From positions 2,366 to 66,365 of the forward strand of contig JBGSON010000004.1 in NCBI GenBank assembly GCA_041739085.1: a stretch of DNA of 64,000 nt. Direction: 5' to 3'. The stretch is from Candidatus Altimarinota bacterium (GTDB taxonomy: Bacteria > Patescibacteriota > Gracilibacteria > CAIRYL01). Shown here in pieces: positions 60,316 to 64,000 of this stretch. The position numbers and the translations under genes are program-made. The notes under the pieces were generated by a model that was not told the origin of the DNA, searched no databases, and saw only the letters and a program-made list of their open reading frames with translations. Positions within the stretch are counted from its first letter, which is position 1. Each line of letters starts with the position of its first letter.

Positions 60316-60954
60316 ATGCCCGACATCAAGATTTTCCCATCGCTCCTCTCCGCCGATTTTGGGAGGCTCCAGTCGGAGATCGACCGGTTTGAACCTTTTG
60401 TCGACGGATTCCATTTCGATGTCATGGACGGTCATTTTGTCCCGAACCTCACCATGGGAGCTCCGATTCTGAAATGCCTCAGGACAAAGGGAGTGTTCGA
60501 TGTCCATCTCATGGTCGAAAACCCTGAGAATCTCATTGAGGATTTCGTCAAGGCAGGCGCCGGAATGATTTCTTTCCATGCCGAAGCCGCGGGGAATAAT
60601 TCCCTCAGACTCATCAAGCGGATAAAAAGCCTTCAGGCAAAGGCAGGAGTCGTTCTGAAGCCAAGGACATCAGTCGCTTCAATCGAAGAAGTCATCCATG
60701 ATATCGATTTTGTCCTCATCATGAGTGTTGAACCCGGTTACAGCGGACAGAAGTTCATGCCGGAAGTCCTCGAAAAAGTGAAGGAATTGCGGCGGCGCTT
60801 CCCCGGTCTTGATATCGAGATCGACGGCGGCGTAAGCGGCAGCACCATTGCCGAAGTCCTTCAAGCGGGTGCGAACATGATCGTCTCCGCCTCCTATCTT
60901 TTCGGATCGGATGATCCGGAAAAGGCGGTGAAAACACTGAGAGGCGAATCATGA
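60316..60954 (+). CDS. rpe: ribulose-phosphate 3-epimerase
   Basis: Trimmed to ATG 60316. FPSLLSADFGRL, HFDVMDGHFVPN and MSVEPGYSGQKF. Confidence 0.9.
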   Translation: MPDIKIFPSLLSADFGRLQSEIDRFEPFVDGFHFDVMDGHFVPNLTMGAPILKCLRTKGVFDVHLMVENPENLIEDFVKAGAGMISFHAEAAGNNSLRLIKRIKSLQAKAGVVLKPRTSVASIEEVIHDIDFVLIMSVEPGYSGQKFMPEVLEKVKELRRRFPGLDIEIDGGVSGSTIAEVLQAGANMIVSASYLFGSDDPEKAVKTLRGES

Positions 60955-62034
60955 TTATTCGGGGAATTTCATTTCCCTGAGTTTCTCCACCGCTTTCGCG
61001 TTCGCGGAAGGAAAATCGTAGTCATTGAGATTTTTCGGGCTCACCCAGCCGAGTCTCGCATGATCGAGGCATTTCGGTTTTCCGGAAAGGATCTGGCACC
61101 GGAAAAACCGGAGGCGCCAGAAGAATTCGCCATCTTCCCACATTTCCTCAAAAAAATGCGGCCTCACGGAGATCTCGATCCCGAGCTCTTCCCGGATTTC
61201 CCGTTTCAGGGTCCCCCTCCAGTCCTCCCCCCTTTCCCGCTTTCCCCCGGGAAATTCCCAGAATCCTCCTTTGGATTCTTTTCTTTTTGCAATGAGATAT
61301 TTTCTGTTGCAATGGATGCACGCGGCGGCGACTTCGATGACCGGTTTTCTTTTTACATTTGCGGGGATGGTGATGTCTTTTTTTCCGAGAGAACCTTCCC
61401 ACTGCTCTTTCGTCCCGCTCTTCAGAAAATGACAGACAGAACGGAGAGGACAGATTTCGCATTGCACTTTTTTGCTCCGGCAAATCATTGCTCCGAGATC
61501 CATGAGCGCATAATTCAGGTCCCGGGATTTTTTCGTGTTCCCAAATATGCTTTCCGTTCTTTTTTTCACCTGATTTTTCGGACAGCCGATGACTCTCTGC
61601 ATAATGCGTGAAACGTTCGTGTCCACTGCCGGGAATGGCTTATTCCAGGAAAAACTCATGATAGCGGCGGCGGTATATTCGCCGATTCCGGGAAGAGAAC
61701 GGAGCGATTCCGCATCACTCGGGAATTCCCCGTCGAATTTCTTTACGATGAGGTTTGCGGTCTTCAGCATGTTTCTTCCCCTCGAATAGTAGCCGAGACC
61801 CCGGAAATGCGGGAGAAATTCTTTCCATGTCGTTTTTGCAAGCGCATGGATATCGGGGAATCGTTTCAGGAACTTCCCATAATATTCCATCACCCGGCTC
61901 ACCTGGGTTTGCTGGAGCATGACTTCCGAGATCCAGACCGGATACGGATCAGTGGTCTTCCTCCAGGGAAGATCGCGTTTTTCTCGGGAAAACCATGAGA
62001 GAAGCTGTTTCTGTATTTCCGGGTTTTGGTTCAT
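60955..62034 (-). CDS. mutY: A/G-specific adenine DNA glycosylase with a C-terminal NUDIX-like domain
   Basis: HhH-GPD (LPGIGEYTAAAI), Fe-S cluster loop CRSKKVQCEICPLRSVC, and NUDIX-like GGKRERGEDWRGTLKREIREELG. Its stop abuts the rpe stop with 0 nt between them. Confidence 0.85.
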   Translation of the reverse strand: MNQNPEIQKQLLSWFSREKRDLPWRKTTDPYPVWISEVMLQQTQVSRVMEYYGKFLKRFPDIHALAKTTWKEFLPHFRGLGYYSRGRNMLKTANLIVKKFDGEFPSDAESLRSLPGIGEYTAAAIMSFSWNKPFPAVDTNVSRIMQRVIGCPKNQVKKRTESIFGNTKKSRDLNYALMDLGAMICRSKKVQCEICPLRSVCHFLKSGTKEQWEGSLGKKDITIPANVKRKPVIEVAAACIHCNRKYLIAKRKESKGGFWEFPGGKRERGEDWRGTLKREIREELGIEISVRPHFFEEMWEDGEFFWRLRFFRCQILSGKPKCLDHARLGWVSPKNLNDYDFPSANAKAVEKLREMKFPE

Positions 62035-62183
62035 GTGGAAAGATAGGACCAGCCCCCATTGTCTCTGAATTTTGTGTCAGTTTCCAGTTGGAAACGGAGG
62101 AGTGAAAGTTCAAGAATAAAACCGCAACATATGATAACTCTGATGCAGCAGAGTTATTAATCGACAGGCTGAGAGCGGTGCGA

Positions 62184-62444
62184 TTAGGCTAACTTATTCA
62201 GAACAGCGAGAACTCGCGGTTTGTTCTGTTCCAGCCAATTACGATAAATGGCGGCCAATTCTGGATTCACATGGTCCAGCCAATCTGGCTCCAGTTTGCC
62301 TTCATGAACGAATTGGTAACAAAGATCGTCCGATCCGGACCACAATGCAGGGGATGTTCCTTCAGCCGCTGCAAGCCCTTGATTCAAGACATTCAGGAGC
62401 GGTTGAGGTTCTCTAGCATCCTGAAACATTTCTATAAGTGCCAT
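62184..62444 (-). CDS. small hypothetical protein
   Basis: 86-aa ORF in an AT-richer pocket, followed on the minus strand by the hairpin ataactctg-ctgcat-cagagttat. No family recognised. Confidence 0.4.
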   Translation of the reverse strand: MALIEMFQDAREPQPLLNVLNQGLAAAEGTSPALWSGSDDLCYQFVHEGKLEPDWLDHVNPELAAIYRNWLEQNKPRVLAVLNKLA

Positions 62445-62507
62445 ATTGAAGTTGGTTTAAAAGTGGTTCATAATAATATTATTTTATCAGGAGAAGTCAA
62501 TCACTTT

Positions 62508-63461
62508 TTATCGATCCGGGGATTCTAATTCCAGTCGCGTGCCGAGGAATGGATCCTCCCCATCGCACGCATCAAGGAGGATGATGTCTGTGAGCTGAAA
62601 AAGGATCCTGTTCCTTATATGGGATTCCGCCTCCTCCCGGGTGGAGAAAATAGCTCCAGATTTTGCTGAAAATCCGTCATGAGCCACCCCCGCGAAGCGG
62701 AGGATTTCATTGAGAAATAATGATCTCAGGGAAAGGAGGACCGTCCGGACCTCATCAAAAGGTATGGATTCCCTCAGGAGGTCATTACGCGATTCTTTTA
62801 AGACGCGAGCAATCCTTTGTACTGATGCTTCTATCCCGCTCCGCTCTCCCATCCATTTTTTTTCTTGTGTCGCCCGGAATTCCCGATTTTTTTTCCATAC
62901 GGGATCGATGACCGAAGCTTTTAATTGCGACTCCTGCTCTAGGATTCTTTTCCTGGTCTGTGTTCTTAATACAAGGGAATCCCATTCTTTTCCTGCTTCG
63001 CTCCTGAGAATGGAGAAGAGATCCTCAGGATTCTCCAGCGCATCGATGACAGTATCGATCGTCCTCTGATCCTGCGGATCGATAAAAGGCCGGACGCCGG
63101 CCTTGAGCCCTGCGCGAAAATGAGCCTGAAAGCCTTCCCGGGTCTTTCCGGATTCATGGAACATAAGGAGCGCAAGACGGTTGATTTCTCCAGCGATCCT
63201 CCGTACCTCAGGAGCGCATTCTTCTTCAAGAGACCTGCAGAGGAACTCATGGAGTTCTTCTTTTTGCGAAGAACGGCCTCGCTGAGATTTTTCAGTATGC
63301 GATCTGAATGTAATCCCGAGCTCTGATTTCAATTGCTCGATCCTCGCCATCAGCTTCGTATCTTCTCCTTCCGGAGTCCAGCGGATCTTTCGGGTCGCTC
63401 CATTCCGGAGCGCTTCATTATCGAGAGCTCCTTCAGTGCCGGCAGATTTCTTCTCCACCAT
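62508..63461 (-). CDS. hypothetical protein (orphan, soluble, helical and charged)
   Basis: 317-aa ORF with protein-like composition. No motif recognised. Confidence 0.55.
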   Translation of the reverse strand: MVEKKSAGTEGALDNEALRNGATRKIRWTPEGEDTKLMARIEQLKSELGITFRSHTEKSQRGRSSQKEELHEFLCRSLEEECAPEVRRIAGEINRLALLMFHESGKTREGFQAHFRAGLKAGVRPFIDPQDQRTIDTVIDALENPEDLFSILRSEAGKEWDSLVLRTQTRKRILEQESQLKASVIDPVWKKNREFRATQEKKWMGERSGIEASVQRIARVLKESRNDLLRESIPFDEVRTVLLSLRSLFLNEILRFAGVAHDGFSAKSGAIFSTREEAESHIRNRILFQLTDIILLDACDGEDPFLGTRLELESPDR

Positions 63462-63517
63462 GTTTAAAAAATGAGGGATAATTATTAAGCGTTCTTACCA
63501 TGACTCGTCAAGGAAAA

Positions 63518-64000
63518 TCAGAGCGCGTTATCCATGACCGCGCCGGTATTTGCGCTCTGAACATGCTGCTGATATCTCCCAAGCCAGCCTCTTTTCACTT
63601 TTGGCTGAAATGGCTTCATGTTCATCATACGCTTCGATATTTCCGCTTTTGCGATCCGGAGATGGAGTATGCGCTTCTCTGTGTCGATATCGATGATGTC
63701 TCCGTTCTTCACGATGGCGATGGGACCGCCGGAAGCCGCTTCCGGAGAAATATGGCCGATACAGAGCCCTCTTGTTCCTCCGGAAAATCTCCCGTCTGTG
63801 ATGAGCGCTGCCCTGATCCCCCGCCCCTTGATCGCGGAAGTCGGAGAGAGCATCTCCTGCATTCCCGGGCCTCCTTTTGGTCCTTCATACCGGATGACGA
63901 CCACATCCCCATCCGCAATTTTTCCTTTCAGGATCGCGGAGAGAGCTTCTTCCTGGGAATCAAAGACAACCGCTTTTCCCGAGAACCGCATCATGTTCTC
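63518..64000 (-). CDS. ilvD: dihydroxy-acid dehydratase, C-terminal part (5' end lies outside the window)
   Basis: [44 protein letters not shown] and [15 protein letters not shown] are IlvD/Edd signatures. The frame is open to the window edge. Confidence 0.9.
   Translation of the reverse strand, partial: ENMMRFSGKAVVFDSQEEALSAILKGKIADGDVVVIRYEGPKGGPGMQEMLSPTSAIKGRGIRAALITDGRFSGGTRGLCIGHISPEAASGGPIAIVKNGDIIDIDTEKRILHLRIAKAEISKRMMNMKPFQPKVKRGWLGRYQQHVQSANTGAVMDNAL

Noticed and set aside
1-64000. Alternative genetic code (UGA recoding, as in some CPR lineages).
   Set aside because: All conserved genes (leuS, thrS, murA, purF, gap and others) read through to normal lengths with standard stops and no in-frame TGA. 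The standard code 11 fits.

Overview
Dense chromosomal segment with about 60 protein genes, one tRNA, no rRNA and no CRISPR. It appears to come from a small-genome, CPR-like bacterium. That is an inference from gene content only: archaeal-type NMNAT, stand-alone Pol I 5'-3' exonuclease, TGS-less ThrRS, many PilT paralogs, a Gram-positive/CPR-type T4SS pilin-like protein and SLH surface proteins. The genetic code looks standard, since conserved genes have no in-frame stops. Recognisable housekeeping genes: pyrB (partial), pyrC, PduO-type adenosyltransferase, proC, prmC, NMNAT, rpsA, relA/spoT-like, recO, ftsX, thrS, murA, lspA, HAD hydrolase, leuS, secF, tsaD, a tryptophanase-family lyase, purF, an ABC transporter, sufE, 5'-3' exonuclease, a tsaE-HD fusion, M23 peptidase, fbp, gap, rpiB, rpe, mutY and ilvD (partial). 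Things worth a second look: (1) five PilT-family ATPases, three of them in tandem and two with disordered N-terminal extensions, next to a signal-peptide-less SLT-domain protein and with no PilB/PilC/pilin partner in the window; (2) a fifth PilT/PilU-like ATPase beside a VirB2/TrbC-like pilin-like protein and an ABC-2 module; (3) an SLH-anchored protein ending in a complete CuA-type cupredoxin motif; (4) two tandem membrane-anchored paralogs with a shared HPEGADDE...HED...EG...GxxH pattern, possibly TraB/Tiki-like; (5) several orphan proteins with near-consensus sigma70 promoters; (6) three families of short periodic (7-9 nt) oligomer repeats plus clusters of palindromic hairpins that recur in intergenic spacers; (7) an almost complete lack of Shine-Dalgarno tracts, with many starts preceded by a CCC-type pyrimidine block; (8) AT-rich islands, namely an ORF wedged into pyrB-pyrC, an island abutting the 3' end of tRNA-Arg(CCU), a truncated RAYT-like transposase next to a tryptophanase gene, and an IS30 remnant. 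All protein calls rest on motifs read by eye from the supplied translations. No database search, HMM, folding or statistics could be run, so family names beyond the classical housekeeping genes are hypotheses.
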